From: an uncultured Bacteroides sp.
Lineage (GTDB): Bacteria > Bacteroidota > Bacteroidia > Bacteroidales > GCA-2748055
Direction: 5' to 3'
Assembly: GCA_964601975.1 (NCBI GenBank)
Contig: CAZRPW010000004.1
Coordinates: 18,050-82,049, forward strand
Length of the DNA: 64,000 nucleotides
Shown here: piece after piece, positions 1 to 9,496 of the stretch
How the letters are laid out: each line of letters begins with the position of its first letter
Position numbering within the stretch: position 1 is the stretch's first letter
The notes under the pieces: generated by a model
Told to the model about the DNA's origin: nothing
The model's input: only the letters and a program-made list of their open reading frames with translations
Databases searched by the model: none
Position numbers and translations under genes: made by a program

Positions 1-328
1 CAATGGGAGTGAAGTTGTTGATAAGGCTGTCATTGAACAATCCGCCCTGGATGACTTCAATCTTTACCTTGTTTTGCGGCTGGTTGTCCATTCTGACAAC
101 CCTGTAGAAGACAGCATTCGTATAAACACCCTGGTCCACGAGGGCAAGAAAATTGGAGGCTGTGACAGGTGCTTTATCCGGATAAATCTCCAGGGTTATA
201 TCTCCCATCTCCGTCCTCATCAGTACCTTCTCCATAGCCGGGTGGTCACAGGAGACCACCACGGCTGCGAGAAGAACAAAAATCAGAAGTCTTTGCCTAG
301 CTAATATGCTTCTTTTTAAGAAATTCAT
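1..328 (-). CDS. Cyclophilin-type peptidyl-prolyl cis-trans isomerase, lipoprotein (runs off the left edge)
   Basis: Not in the ORF track. Manual minus-strand translation from ATG at 328: MNFLKRSILARQRLLIFVLLAAVVVSC-DHPAMEKVLMRTEMGDITLEIYPDKAPVTASNFLALVDQGVYTNAVFYRVVRMDNQPQNKVKIEVIQGG. This has the cyclophilin pattern (G.I.LE.YPDKAP.T..NF, FYRV, IQGG) and a lipobox VVSC. Confidence 0.88.
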   Translation of the reverse strand, partial: MNFLKRSILARQRLLIFVLLAAVVVSCDHPAMEKVLMRTEMGDITLEIYPDKAPVTASNFLALVDQGVYTNAVFYRVVRMDNQPQNKVKIEVIQGGLFNDSLINNFTPI

Positions 329-1637
329 TGATGACTCCTTCAAGGTTCGGTTCGCCTATCTCCTGGAGATCATAATAGACCCGGGTGAAAGGTTTTTTAA
401 TGGTGATGATTCTGCTAAGGTCGATGGGTGTGCCAATCACTACTGAATCACAATCGCAATTGTTAATTGTAGTTTCCAGGTCTTTTAGCTGCTGTTCACC
501 ATAGCCCATGGCAGGCAGCAAGACGCCAATATTCGGGTAGATTTCAAAGGTCTCGCTCAACTTGCCCACTGTAAAGGGTCTGGGGTCAACCAGTTCTGAG
601 GCTCCAAATTTTTTGGCCGCCACAACACCCGCGCCGATTTTCATTTCTCCATGAGTAAGGGTTGGGCCATCTTCAACCACAAGTACTCGTTTCCCCTTGA
701 TTACCTCCGGATTGTCGACACGGATGGGAGAGGCTCCATCGATCACAATGGCATCGGGGTTCACTTTTTCAATGCTCTCTCTCACCATCTGTATGCCTTC
801 CGGTGCTGCACTGTCAATCTTGTTGATGACCACTACATCGGATGTTCTGAGTACAACCTCGCCTGGGTAGTACGATAGTTCATGGCCTGGTCTGTGGGGG
901 TCGACTACCCCGATTGTAAGGTCGGGCTTATAAAAAGAAAAATCGTTGTTGCCCCCGTCCCAGATAATAATATCGCAGCCATCAGGATCATTTTCGGCTG
1001 CCCTGACAATGGCCTCGTAATCGACTCCGGCATAGATAACGTTTCCCCTGACAACATGGGGCTCATATTCTTCCATTTCTTCAACAGTGCACTTATGTTT
1101 TTGAAGATCTTCCACCTTTGCAAAACGTTGAACCTTTTGGGCCACCAGGTCACCATAGGGCATGGGGTGTCTTATGGCAACAACCTTTAAGCCCTTTTCC
1201 ATAAGGATCTCAATCACGCGCCTGGATGTCTGGCTTTTACCGCATCCTGTTCTTACCGCACAGACCGAAATAACAGGTTTAGTGCTTTTAATCATGGTGT
1301 CATTGGTCCCAAGAAGGGCGAAATTCGCTCCTGCTGCATTTACCATTGCGCTTTTTTCCATCACACGCTGGTAGGGCAGGTCGCTGTATGAAAAAACAAC
1401 AGTCTTAATGCCAAGTTCTTTAATAAGACGGGAGGCTTCCTCCTCTGCATATATGGGAATCCCCTTGGGATACAATTTTCCGGCAAGCTCGGCCGGGTAT
1501 TTTCGTCCGTCAATGTCTGGGATCTGTGCAGCCGTAAAGGCCAGCACATTGTACTCTTCCCGATCCCTGAAATAGGTGTTGAAGTTATGAAAGTCCCTTC
1601 CGGCAGCTCCCATAATCAAAATGTTTTTCCTGGTCAT
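297..1637 (-). CDS. Cyclic 2,3-diphosphoglycerate synthetase-like P-loop ligase (COG2403-type); probable arginine synthetase (ArcE-like)
   Basis: N-terminal IMGAAGRDFHNFN, P-loop-like AVRTGCGKSQTSR, IRHPMPYG, WDGGNND and VEDGPTLTHG motifs. The family call is firm; the substrate is inferred. Confidence 0.75.
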   Translation of the reverse strand: MTRKNILIMGAAGRDFHNFNTYFRDREEYNVLAFTAAQIPDIDGRKYPAELAGKLYPKGIPIYAEEEASRLIKELGIKTVVFSYSDLPYQRVMEKSAMVNAAGANFALLGTNDTMIKSTKPVISVCAVRTGCGKSQTSRRVIEILMEKGLKVVAIRHPMPYGDLVAQKVQRFAKVEDLQKHKCTVEEMEEYEPHVVRGNVIYAGVDYEAIVRAAENDPDGCDIIIWDGGNNDFSFYKPDLTIGVVDPHRPGHELSYYPGEVVLRTSDVVVINKIDSAAPEGIQMVRESIEKVNPDAIVIDGASPIRVDNPEVIKGKRVLVVEDGPTLTHGEMKIGAGVVAAKKFGASELVDPRPFTVGKLSETFEIYPNIGVLLPAMGYGEQQLKDLETTINNCDCDSVVIGTPIDLSRIITIKKPFTRVYYDLQEIGEPNLEGVINEFLKKKHIS

Positions 1638-1665
1638 AAAATTGTGTTTTTTTAATTGGAGTACT

Positions 1666-1673
1666 CAAATTTA
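1666..1673 (-). promoter_or_regulatory. Bacteroidota sigma-70 -7 box (TAAATTTG) for the 297..1637 gene
   Basis: Exact TAnnTTTG match on the minus strand, 28 nt upstream of the ATG. Confidence 0.6.
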
Positions 1674-1759
1674 TACGAATATGCGCTCAGTGTTACCGAA
1701 TATGCTGTATAATAGCTGTGCGTGAAAACATTTTTATAACTTCAACGTATTACTTAAGA

Positions 1760-2377
1760 ATGAATTTTTTAGCACATACCTATTTGTCTGGATGCAGTGA
1801 GGAAATTATTGTAGGGAATTTCATGGGTGACTATGTAAAAGGACGGAATTACCTGCAGTTCCCGGAACAGATTAAGAAAGGAATCCTGATTCACCGTGAC
1901 ATCGATTATTTCACCGATATGCACCTGATTACAAAGCGTAACAAGCAGCGTGTCGCCCCCAGGTATCATAAATATGCAGGGATCATCATAGATATCTTTT
2001 ACGATCACTTCCTGGCCTGTCAGTGGGATCAGTTCTCAGATATATCCCTTCAGGACTTTGTGAGTAGAACCTACGATTTGCTGAAGCGCAATTACAAGGT
2101 ATTGCCCGAGGCAATAAAAAGGTGGTTTCCTACTTTTTTGGAAAATAACTGGATGATGGCATACCGCACGGTGGATGGAATCGAACTGGTCCTTGAACGT
2201 ATGTCGGATAATACTTCTCTTCCCAATCATGCCAGCTATGCCGTGGAAGTGCTCAGGGACCAGTACGCTGTGTTCGAGGAGGATTTCCTTGAATTTTTCC
2301 CTCTGATTATCGCTTTCCTTGAGGAAAAGTACCAGATAACCATTGATGAAAAAAGGGCTGGCTACCCCAATTGTTGA
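1760..2377 (+). CDS. acpH: Acyl carrier protein phosphodiesterase (AcpH/DUF479 family)
   Basis: Starts MNFLAH..LS; has GNFMGDYVKG, GILIHRDIDYFTD and IIDIFYDHFLA. Start moved to ATG 1760. Confidence 0.85.
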   Translation: MNFLAHTYLSGCSEEIIVGNFMGDYVKGRNYLQFPEQIKKGILIHRDIDYFTDMHLITKRNKQRVAPRYHKYAGIIIDIFYDHFLACQWDQFSDISLQDFVSRTYDLLKRNYKVLPEAIKRWFPTFLENNWMMAYRTVDGIELVLERMSDNTSLPNHASYAVEVLRDQYAVFEEDFLEFFPLIIAFLEEKYQITIDEKRAGYPNC

Positions 2378-2382
2378 CAGGC

Positions 2383-3735
2383 TTAAGCGTACTGCTTATT
2401 TTCTGTGTTCAGCTTGTGACCGGGGAGTGTATCTACCTTGAGCAGTTTTCTGTACTCCTTTTCAAAGAAAAATTCTTTTTCCCCGAATGCCGGCTCAAGG
2501 TCATCTAGCCATAGTGCCTGCGGGTCGTATTTTGCAAAAAACGGTTTGCCCACCCAGTCGGGGTTTCTGCCCTGGAGAAATTCCAGCACAAAAACTTTCT
2601 CTTCCCTGACTTCGGTTATTCCAACAATTCTCACCTTCCCGGGACCGGCCGACATGCTGGGTCCGCGAACGGTTCTGCATATTCCGCTTACCTTTTTATA
2701 TGCCTCATTGAAGATGTGGAATGCCTCTTCCAGGTTTACTCCAAAATAGGTTTGGGCACCTGTGTCGCGCGCAACAAACATATAGTAAGGTATAATGCCC
2801 ATATTAACCTGGCTTTTCCACATATCGGCCCAGATATTCGCTTCGTTATTGATGTGATTGAGCAAAGGAGACTGTGTGCGTATCTGGGCGCCTGTTTCCC
2901 GGATTCTTTTTACCGCTTCCTTCACTGCATCTGTTTCGAGTTCTCTCGGGTGATTCACATGGGCCATAAATGCTACGTTCAGGCCACGGTCCGATATCTT
3001 ACGAAAAATATCCAGCATCTGTCCGGAATCGGGATCTGATATATACCTGTATGGCCAGAATGAAAGGGACTTGGTTCCAATCCTGATGGTCTTCAGGTGG
3101 GGAAGGTCGGCCGCCATAATGGCATCAAGGTATTTTTCAAGGACTGAGGCCTTCATGGTCATGGGATCCCCTCCGGTTATCAGAATATCTGTCAGTGACG
3201 GATGCTCCTTCAGGTAAGCACTTACCAGCGCAGGTTGTTTCATTGCAAATTTCAGCTCGCTGAGACCGGTGAACTGAGGCCACCTGAAACAGAAGGTACA
3301 GTAAGCATGGCAGGTTTGTCCCTGGCTGGGAAAGAAAAGCATGGTTTCACGGTACTTGTGCTGTATGCCAGTGAGTTTTTCGCCGTTGAGCGTGGGGACG
3401 TTATGTTCGAGTTGACCGGCAGGATGAGGGTTCATTGTATGCCTGATCTCGTTAACATACCTTGCCACATCCGGTTTACTAGCCCCGCTATTCAACATCT
3501 TTGAAAGGGTGTTGAACTGAGGTGATTTGAGCATCGCTTCCTGTGGAAAATTAAGAATATACATGGGGTCCGTTTCATAATTATCCCAGTCGATCAGCTC
3601 ATTGACTACATAGTTGTTGGTTTTGAATGGCAATACTTCAGAAACAATATTGATGGCATGAACCTGCTCTGGGCTTAGCTTCCCGAAAGCGGGCATTTTT
3701 AGGAAATTATGTCGTGTATATGCTTTATACTTCAT
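2383..3735 (-). CDS. KamA-family (lysine 2,3-aminomutase-like) radical SAM protein
   Basis: CxxxCxxC (TCHAYCTFCFRW), DILITGGDP, IRIGTK, AHVNHPREL, QSPLL..IN, PYYMF. Start at 3735 is supported by a TACCTTTG box at 3760..3767; the longer track start overlaps rodA. Confidence 0.85.
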   Translation of the reverse strand: MKYKAYTRHNFLKMPAFGKLSPEQVHAINIVSEVLPFKTNNYVVNELIDWDNYETDPMYILNFPQEAMLKSPQFNTLSKMLNSGASKPDVARYVNEIRHTMNPHPAGQLEHNVPTLNGEKLTGIQHKYRETMLFFPSQGQTCHAYCTFCFRWPQFTGLSELKFAMKQPALVSAYLKEHPSLTDILITGGDPMTMKASVLEKYLDAIMAADLPHLKTIRIGTKSLSFWPYRYISDPDSGQMLDIFRKISDRGLNVAFMAHVNHPRELETDAVKEAVKRIRETGAQIRTQSPLLNHINNEANIWADMWKSQVNMGIIPYYMFVARDTGAQTYFGVNLEEAFHIFNEAYKKVSGICRTVRGPSMSAGPGKVRIVGITEVREEKVFVLEFLQGRNPDWVGKPFFAKYDPQALWLDDLEPAFGEKEFFFEKEYRKLLKVDTLPGHKLNTENKQYA

Positions 3736-3759
3736 AAAGGAGAGAATTTTTGCGGACTG

Positions 3760-3767
3760 CAAAGGTA
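3760..3767 (-). promoter_or_regulatory. -7 box (TACCTTTG) for the KamA-like gene
   Basis: Exact TAnnTTTG match 24 nt upstream of ATG 3735. Confidence 0.6.
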
Positions 3768-3802
3768 CGAAAAAACAGGGACTTTTGAAAGAATGGCCCT
3801 GC

Positions 3803-5227
3803 TTAGCTAAGCATTTCAAGCCGGCTGGCATCCAGCCTGAGAAATATAAAAAGGAAGAGGGAAAATGCCCAGAGCGAAGATCCTCCATAGCTGAAAAAGG
3901 GAAGGGGAATGCCAATTACAGGCAGAATTCCGATTGTCATACCTATGTTAATTGCAAAATGGATGAATAGCACCGATACAAAGCCGTATCCGAAAATTCG
4001 ACTGAATGCAGAACGCTGCCTTTCCGCCAGCATAATCATTCTAAGCATAAGAAAAACATAAAGAAGGATGACAAAGCTGGTCCCCAGGAATCCCCATTCT
4101 TCTCCAACGGTACAAAAAATGAAGTCAGTGCTTTGTTCTGGCACAAAATGGAGTTTGGTCTGGGTGCCATTCAGGTATCCTTTGCCTTTAAAACCGCCAG
4201 AGCCAATCGCAATCTTGGATTGATTAACATTGTATCCTACTCCCTGGGGGTCATCTTCTATCCCGAGGGTTACATAGATCCTGTGTTGCTGGTGAGGTTT
4301 CAGGATCTTATTCATTGAAAAGTCCACCGTGATGGTGAAGAGGATTGCTATAATGACCCCGGCAAAAATTTTCATGGGGCCATAACTTCTTGTGCTAATC
4401 CCTTTTATAAGGAAATAAACAGACATGGGAAAGATGGTCAGAAGTCCGATCAGAAAAAGGGATGTCTCAATCTTCAGCAGTCGGCTTAATCCGAATAACA
4501 GGCCAAAGATTGCTGCAATCCAGAACCCAAATATGGCCGCCCTTTTTGAGGCCCTGGATCCAATGGCATAGATCAGTAGGCCCACCAATACCAGGAAAAG
4601 CAGGATGATCGCCTTGTCAACTAGTAAGGTGGCAAAGAAGAGGAACATCAGGGCAATTAGCATTAACATAACGTTGACTGAAAAACCCTCTCTGAAAAGC
4701 ACAAAAATAAAAGCAACATATACAAGTGTGGAACCCAGGTCGGGCTGAAGCATGATCAGAGCCGGGGGCATGGCAATTATAATAAGAGCTTTTATCAGGT
4801 CTGTAAATCTTTTAAGTTCAAAGTTGTGCGAAGTAAGCAATCTCGCCAGTGCCAGAGCAGTGAGAGGTTTTGCAAATTCCGAGGGCTGAAATTGAAAGCC
4901 CCCAATTACAAACCAGCTTTTCGCCCCATTCACTTCTGTTCCAAATACCAGGACAGCCATCAGAATCAGTACCAGGATGAAATAAAGTATATATGAGAAA
5001 TAGATGTAAAATTTTGCATCCAGGATAAACAGCAATATGGCAAGGGCTATGGATGCTCCTATCCATATCATCTGCTTACCGAATCTTTGTGAGAGGTCGA
5101 ACATTCCCGAATCGGCTTCCATGATATTGGCCGAATAAATATTCATCCAGCCAAATAACACAATCATAAGCCATAACAGTATGGAAAGCCAGTCGATGTT
5201 TGCATAGATGTTGTTTCTCCGATCCAT
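3803..5227 (-). CDS. rodA: Rod shape-determining SEDS glycosyltransferase RodA
   Basis: GAKSWF, FQPSEFAK, LQPDLGS, QSKIAIGSGG, PEQSTDFIF, PFFSYGGSS; lies downstream of mrdA. Confidence 0.95.
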   Translation of the reverse strand: MDRRNNIYANIDWLSILLWLMIVLFGWMNIYSANIMEADSGMFDLSQRFGKQMIWIGASIALAILLFILDAKFYIYFSYILYFILVLILMAVLVFGTEVNGAKSWFVIGGFQFQPSEFAKPLTALALARLLTSHNFELKRFTDLIKALIIIAMPPALIMLQPDLGSTLVYVAFIFVLFREGFSVNVMLMLIALMFLFFATLLVDKAIILLFLVLVGLLIYAIGSRASKRAAIFGFWIAAIFGLLFGLSRLLKIETSLFLIGLLTIFPMSVYFLIKGISTRSYGPMKIFAGVIIAILFTITVDFSMNKILKPHQQHRIYVTLGIEDDPQGVGYNVNQSKIAIGSGGFKGKGYLNGTQTKLHFVPEQSTDFIFCTVGEEWGFLGTSFVILLYVFLMLRMIMLAERQRSAFSRIFGYGFVSVLFIHFAINIGMTIGILPVIGIPLPFFSYGGSSLWAFSLFLFIFLRLDASRLEMLS

Positions 5228-5231
5228 CCTT

Positions 5232-7115
5232 CTAATGCTTTTGTCCGCTTGTATCCGTATCAGCTTCGCTCGTATCGGCAGGCTGACTTTTCTTTCTTAC
5301 AACCACCTGGTCTCTTTGCATGACCCAGTTTTCATACCAGCTGCGTTTGACTTCGCCAGTCAGGTACTTTTCAATCATCAGGCTGGCAATGGGTGCAGCA
5401 TAGGTGGTTCCGAATCCCTGGTTCTCCACGTAAACAGCAATGGCAATTTTAGGATTGTCCTTGGGGGCAAAAGCAATGAATATGGAGTGATCATTGCCAT
5501 GCGGATTCTCAGCAGTTCCGGTCTTGCCACAAACAGTTATTCCGGGGATTTTTGCATTTCTCGCCGTGGACCCCGGTCCGCCGTTAATCACCAGGTCCAT
5601 TCCGTTTACAATGGGCGTAAAATTTGCGGTGTCGATGGAGGTGTAGTGCCTGGTGGTGTATGAAGGGTCTATCTGGGCCTCACCCTCAATTTCTTTAACC
5701 AGGTGAGGTGTCAGGTAATATCCGCGGTTGGCGATGGCAGCAGTCATGTTAGCCATCTGAATGGGTGTGATGAGCAATTCACCCTGTCCGATGCCCAGGG
5801 AGCGAACTGTCAGGTAGTTCCAGTGATTTTCTCCATAAAGCCGGTTGAAATATCCTGATTCGGGAATGTTACCGTTCAGCTCATTGGTTAATTCGATGCC
5901 AAGGGGCTTTGTTAAGCCAAAGGAGAGCAGGTGGTTTCTCCAATTGGTGTATGCGTCGGCAGTTGACTTGAATTTTACATCCTGGAGAATGCTTTTAAGG
6001 GTTTGAATGAAATAGGTATTGCAGGAATGTTGAACTGCTTCCACCAGGTTCAGGGGCGTTTCATGAAGGTGGCATCCTGTATGGATGCTTCCAACATAGA
6101 ATCCATAATAACAGTGATGTTCAGTTGATTCAGAAATAACCTTCTCCTGCAGTCCGATCAGGCCCATCATTGTTTTGAAAGTAGAACCGGGAGGATATTG
6201 GGCCATCAGAGCGCGGTTGAAAAGGGGATTCAGGGTATCGGTGGAGAGTTGCTTGAAACTGGTCCCAAGATTTCTTCCAACAAGCAGATCCGGAGGGAAG
6301 GAAGGTGCGCTTACAAGGGCCAGAACTTCACCTGTGGCTGGCTCAATGGCTACCACACTGCCAATATAGGGTTTCATCAGCTGTTCCCCATACTCCTGGA
6401 GCGTAGCATCCAGTGTGCTTACAAGATTGAGTCCTACTTCAACCGTTTTATCCAGTTTTCCTTCCTGGTAGGATTCAATGGTCTGGTTATGCACATCCTT
6501 GAGGAAGACGTTTTTGCCTTTTTCACCCCTGAGGTAAGGTTCGTAGGCTTTTTCAATTCCGGAAACACCAATGTAGTCTCCCAGCTGATAATATGAATCC
6601 TGGTCCAGGGTTTGCTGGTCTGCTTCTCCCACATAACCCAGTGCGTGTGAGGCAATGGGCCTTGTGTATTTCCTCAGGGTTCGGGTCTGTACATAAAAGC
6701 CCGGGTACTGGTATAGTTTCTCCTGTAAGAGTGCAGCGTTCTCATAACTTACCTGTTTCATGAATACTGAGGGAACGCGGTAGGAATATGAACGGGCCGA
6801 CTGCAGTCTTTCTTTCATGCTTTCCCGGGTGATCTTAAGTATGCTACATATTTCGGTGGTGTCGAAGGGTTCGAGCTGTCGGGGGATTACCATAACATCG
6901 TAGGCCGCCTGGTTGTAGACCATAATTTCCCCGTTGCGATCATAGATCAGGCCCCTGGCGGGATAGATAACCCTGACGCTCTGAGCATTGCTCAAAGCAA
7001 ATTTTTCGTAGGATTTATCAAGTACCTGGATGTGGAATAACCTGATGATGTAGACCAGGCCAACCAGAATAATGATCACAGCGAAAACATACCTTCTGTC
7101 AGAAAACTGGTTCAT
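5232..7115 (-). CDS. mrdA: Penicillin-binding protein 2
   Basis: N-terminal TM anchor, PARGLIYDRNG, SxxK (PGSTFK), SxN (HSCN), KTG (GKTGTAE). Confidence 0.95.
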   Translation of the reverse strand: MNQFSDRRYVFAVIIILVGLVYIIRLFHIQVLDKSYEKFALSNAQSVRVIYPARGLIYDRNGEIMVYNQAAYDVMVIPRQLEPFDTTEICSILKITRESMKERLQSARSYSYRVPSVFMKQVSYENAALLQEKLYQYPGFYVQTRTLRKYTRPIASHALGYVGEADQQTLDQDSYYQLGDYIGVSGIEKAYEPYLRGEKGKNVFLKDVHNQTIESYQEGKLDKTVEVGLNLVSTLDATLQEYGEQLMKPYIGSVVAIEPATGEVLALVSAPSFPPDLLVGRNLGTSFKQLSTDTLNPLFNRALMAQYPPGSTFKTMMGLIGLQEKVISESTEHHCYYGFYVGSIHTGCHLHETPLNLVEAVQHSCNTYFIQTLKSILQDVKFKSTADAYTNWRNHLLSFGLTKPLGIELTNELNGNIPESGYFNRLYGENHWNYLTVRSLGIGQGELLITPIQMANMTAAIANRGYYLTPHLVKEIEGEAQIDPSYTTRHYTSIDTANFTPIVNGMDLVINGGPGSTARNAKIPGITVCGKTGTAENPHGNDHSIFIAFAPKDNPKIAIAVYVENQGFGTTYAAPIASLMIEKYLTGEVKRSWYENWVMQRDQVVVRKKSQPADTSEADTDTSGQKH

Positions 7116-7619
7116 CTATTTCCGGAATACAAAATACTGGCTCAGCACAATGCATGAAGTGGAGAGGGCTGCACTGAGGATCACCCGGAGCAAGGTACTT
7201 AAAAAATTCTGCAACTGGAATACTTCCAGGTAGAAGAGCGCAAGGTGATGCACCAGTACCACTAGCAGGGTATACTTCAGGAACCAGGCGAAGCCATAGT
7301 AGTGGATTCGGGGAAAGGTCTCCGGTTCATAGCCATCGCGTGGGGACAGAAGGTTGAGGACATAGGGGCGTACAAATGCAATCAGGACGGTGGCTGCAGT
7401 GTGTATTCCCGGGGTGTGCTCAAAAAGGTCTATTCCCAGACCCAGGAAAAAGCCCGAAAGAAGTACAATCCATCTGGGCGTTTCAAAGGGCATCAGCAGG
7501 ATGAAAAGGAGGTACACATATGGAACCATGTACCCGCTGATCATCACATTGTCCATGACCAGGACCTGGAAGACGATTAATACTGCGAAGCGGACTATAT
7601 TTCTTGATATGATATACAT
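7116..7619 (-). CDS. mreD: Rod shape-determining protein MreD
   Basis: Hydrophobic 167-aa protein between mreC and mrdA; LGIDLF...G motif. Confidence 0.9.
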   Translation of the reverse strand: MYIISRNIVRFAVLIVFQVLVMDNVMISGYMVPYVYLLFILLMPFETPRWIVLLSGFFLGLGIDLFEHTPGIHTAATVLIAFVRPYVLNLLSPRDGYEPETFPRIHYYGFAWFLKYTLLVVLVHHLALFYLEVFQLQNFLSTLLRVILSAALSTSCIVLSQYFVFRK

Positions 7620-8437
7620 TAGCTTGCCCGATCCTCCAGGTTTAACTGTTCTTCCTTTTGATAATTCCGGATGACATTCACATGAAACAGGCTCTGGAAA
7701 TCTGTGAAGAGCCTGACCTTGATTTCGTAAAAATTACCCTTTTCGAGGGAGTATGATTCAATGGTTCCCACATTGATACCTTCGGGGAAGATGGAGGAAA
7801 AGCCACTGGTAATGATGGTGTCATTTTCAACCATTTCCAGGTGAAACGGGATTTCATTTAATTCAGCGAACAGGGGTGTTTTGCCATGCCACTGGAGGAT
7901 TCCAGCATAATTGTTAGACTTCAGCTTTACACTGAGTCGAAAGTCGAGGTTGATGACAGGGATTACAGTGGCGAAGTTGTCGGAAGTTTCAAGAACAATT
8001 CCTACTACTCCCTGGTCGGAGATCACCCCCATATCCTTGAATACCCCATTTTTCTCCCCCTGGTTGATGGTGAGGTAGTTATACTGCTTATATACACTGT
8101 TGTGAATAACCCTGGCTGGTACAAAGTGGTACTGGTAAGCTTCCCTTGATTCTGTATAAACCACCGAGCTGTCCATGAGCTGTTCCATTTGCCCGAGCCT
8201 GTTTCTCAAAGCGGTATTCTCGAGCGACAGGATGCTGTTCGCTTCTTTCAGCGAAAGGTATTCCCGTGTACCGTTCACTTTATTGTACATCAGTCCTGAA
8301 ACCTGCCTGTTGAGCCCTACGATTTTCGAACGCTGGAATTCGCTGCCCTGTGCCATGAGGATGATAGCCACTGTTTCAAGAATCAGAAACAATAGAAAGT
8401 CGGAATACTTCTGAATAAACCTGAGTAGTGTCCTCAT
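7619..8437 (-). CDS. mreC: Rod shape-determining protein MreC
   Basis: TM plus coiled coil, TINQGEKNGV..DMGV, GVVG, IITSGFSSIFPEGI; follows mreB. Confidence 0.93.
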   Translation of the reverse strand: MRTLLRFIQKYSDFLLFLILETVAIILMAQGSEFQRSKIVGLNRQVSGLMYNKVNGTREYLSLKEANSILSLENTALRNRLGQMEQLMDSSVVYTESREAYQYHFVPARVIHNSVYKQYNYLTINQGEKNGVFKDMGVISDQGVVGIVLETSDNFATVIPVINLDFRLSVKLKSNNYAGILQWHGKTPLFAELNEIPFHLEMVENDTIITSGFSSIFPEGINVGTIESYSLEKGNFYEIKVRLFTDFQSLFHVNVIRNYQKEEQLNLEDRAS

Positions 8438-8459
8438 ATATTTTTTCCAGGACCCTTCC

Positions 8460-9479
8460 CTAACGCATCAGGAAAGGGAATTTATCTACATTCCTCAGGG
8501 CAATCCCGGTTCCGCGGGCAACCGCCTGCAGGGGGTCCTCTGCAATATGGAAGGGAATGGATATTTTCTCAGCAAGCCTTTTATCCAGCCCTCGGAGCAG
8601 TGCTCCGCCACCTGCCAGGTAAATGCCCTTGGTTACAATATCTGCATAAAGTTCGGGGGGAGTCTGTTCCAGTACTGAAAGGATGGATGTTTCAATCTTT
8701 GAGATTGATTTATCCAGGCAGTGACCAATTTCCTGGTAGGAGATAGGTATTTCAATGGGGAGTGCTGTCATCAGATTTGGCCCCCTTACGTAAAAGTCCT
8801 GTGGTGGTTCGTCCAGTTCCGGGAGTGCTGAACCCACGTGAATCTTAATTTCTTCTGCGGTACGTTCCCCAATTTTAATGTTGTGCTGGTGACGCATGTA
8901 GGTCTGGATATCACTTGTGAATCCATCCCCTGCTACCCGGATCGACTGATTGCACACAATTCCGCCCAGTGCAATTACCGCAATTTCGGTGGTTCCTCCC
9001 CCGATGTCAACAACCATGCATCCTTCAGGTGCTTCCACATCCAGTCCTATCCCAATGGCTGCGGCCATAGGCTCAAAAATCATATAGACATCGCGTCCAC
9101 CTGCATGTTCCGAGGAGTCGCGCACTGCCCGCCGTTCCACTTCTGTGCTCCCCGAAGGAATACAGACCACCATTTTCAGGGAAGGAGAGAAGAGGCGTTT
9201 TTTGGTATTTATCATTTTGATCATGCCCCTGATCATGAGTTCTGCTGCCTGGAAATCGGCAATAACCCCGTCTCGCAATGGTCTTATCGTTTTGATATCC
9301 TCATGGGTCTTCCCGTGCATTTGGCGAGCTTTCTCTCCGATCGCTATTAACTTTCCTGTGTGTTGATCAATGGCAACGATGGATGGTTCGTTGACCACAA
9401 CTTTGTCATTGTAAATGATGATTGTATTGGCCGTGCCCAGGTCAATGGCTAACTCCTGTTGAAAAGAAAACAATCCCAT
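8460..9479 (-). CDS. mreB: Actin-like rod shape protein MreB
   Basis: IDLGTANT, RPLRDGVIADF, EPMAAAIG, VDIGGGTTE, LAGGGALL. Confidence 0.98.
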   Translation of the reverse strand: MGLFSFQQELAIDLGTANTIIIYNDKVVVNEPSIVAIDQHTGKLIAIGEKARQMHGKTHEDIKTIRPLRDGVIADFQAAELMIRGMIKMINTKKRLFSPSLKMVVCIPSGSTEVERRAVRDSSEHAGGRDVYMIFEPMAAAIGIGLDVEAPEGCMVVDIGGGTTEIAVIALGGIVCNQSIRVAGDGFTSDIQTYMRHQHNIKIGERTAEEIKIHVGSALPELDEPPQDFYVRGPNLMTALPIEIPISYQEIGHCLDKSISKIETSILSVLEQTPPELYADIVTKGIYLAGGGALLRGLDKRLAEKISIPFHIAEDPLQAVARGTGIALRNVDKFPFLMR

Positions 9480-9496
9480 ATGATTTATTCTTTATT

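Noticed and set aside
74-304. 76-aa plus-strand ORF in the track
   Set aside because: Antisense shadow of the minus-strand cyclophilin gene.
3736-3915. 59-aa N-terminal extension of the KamA-like ORF
   Set aside because: It overlaps the rodA 3' end, and a -7 box at 3760..3767 lies inside it, favouring ATG 3735.
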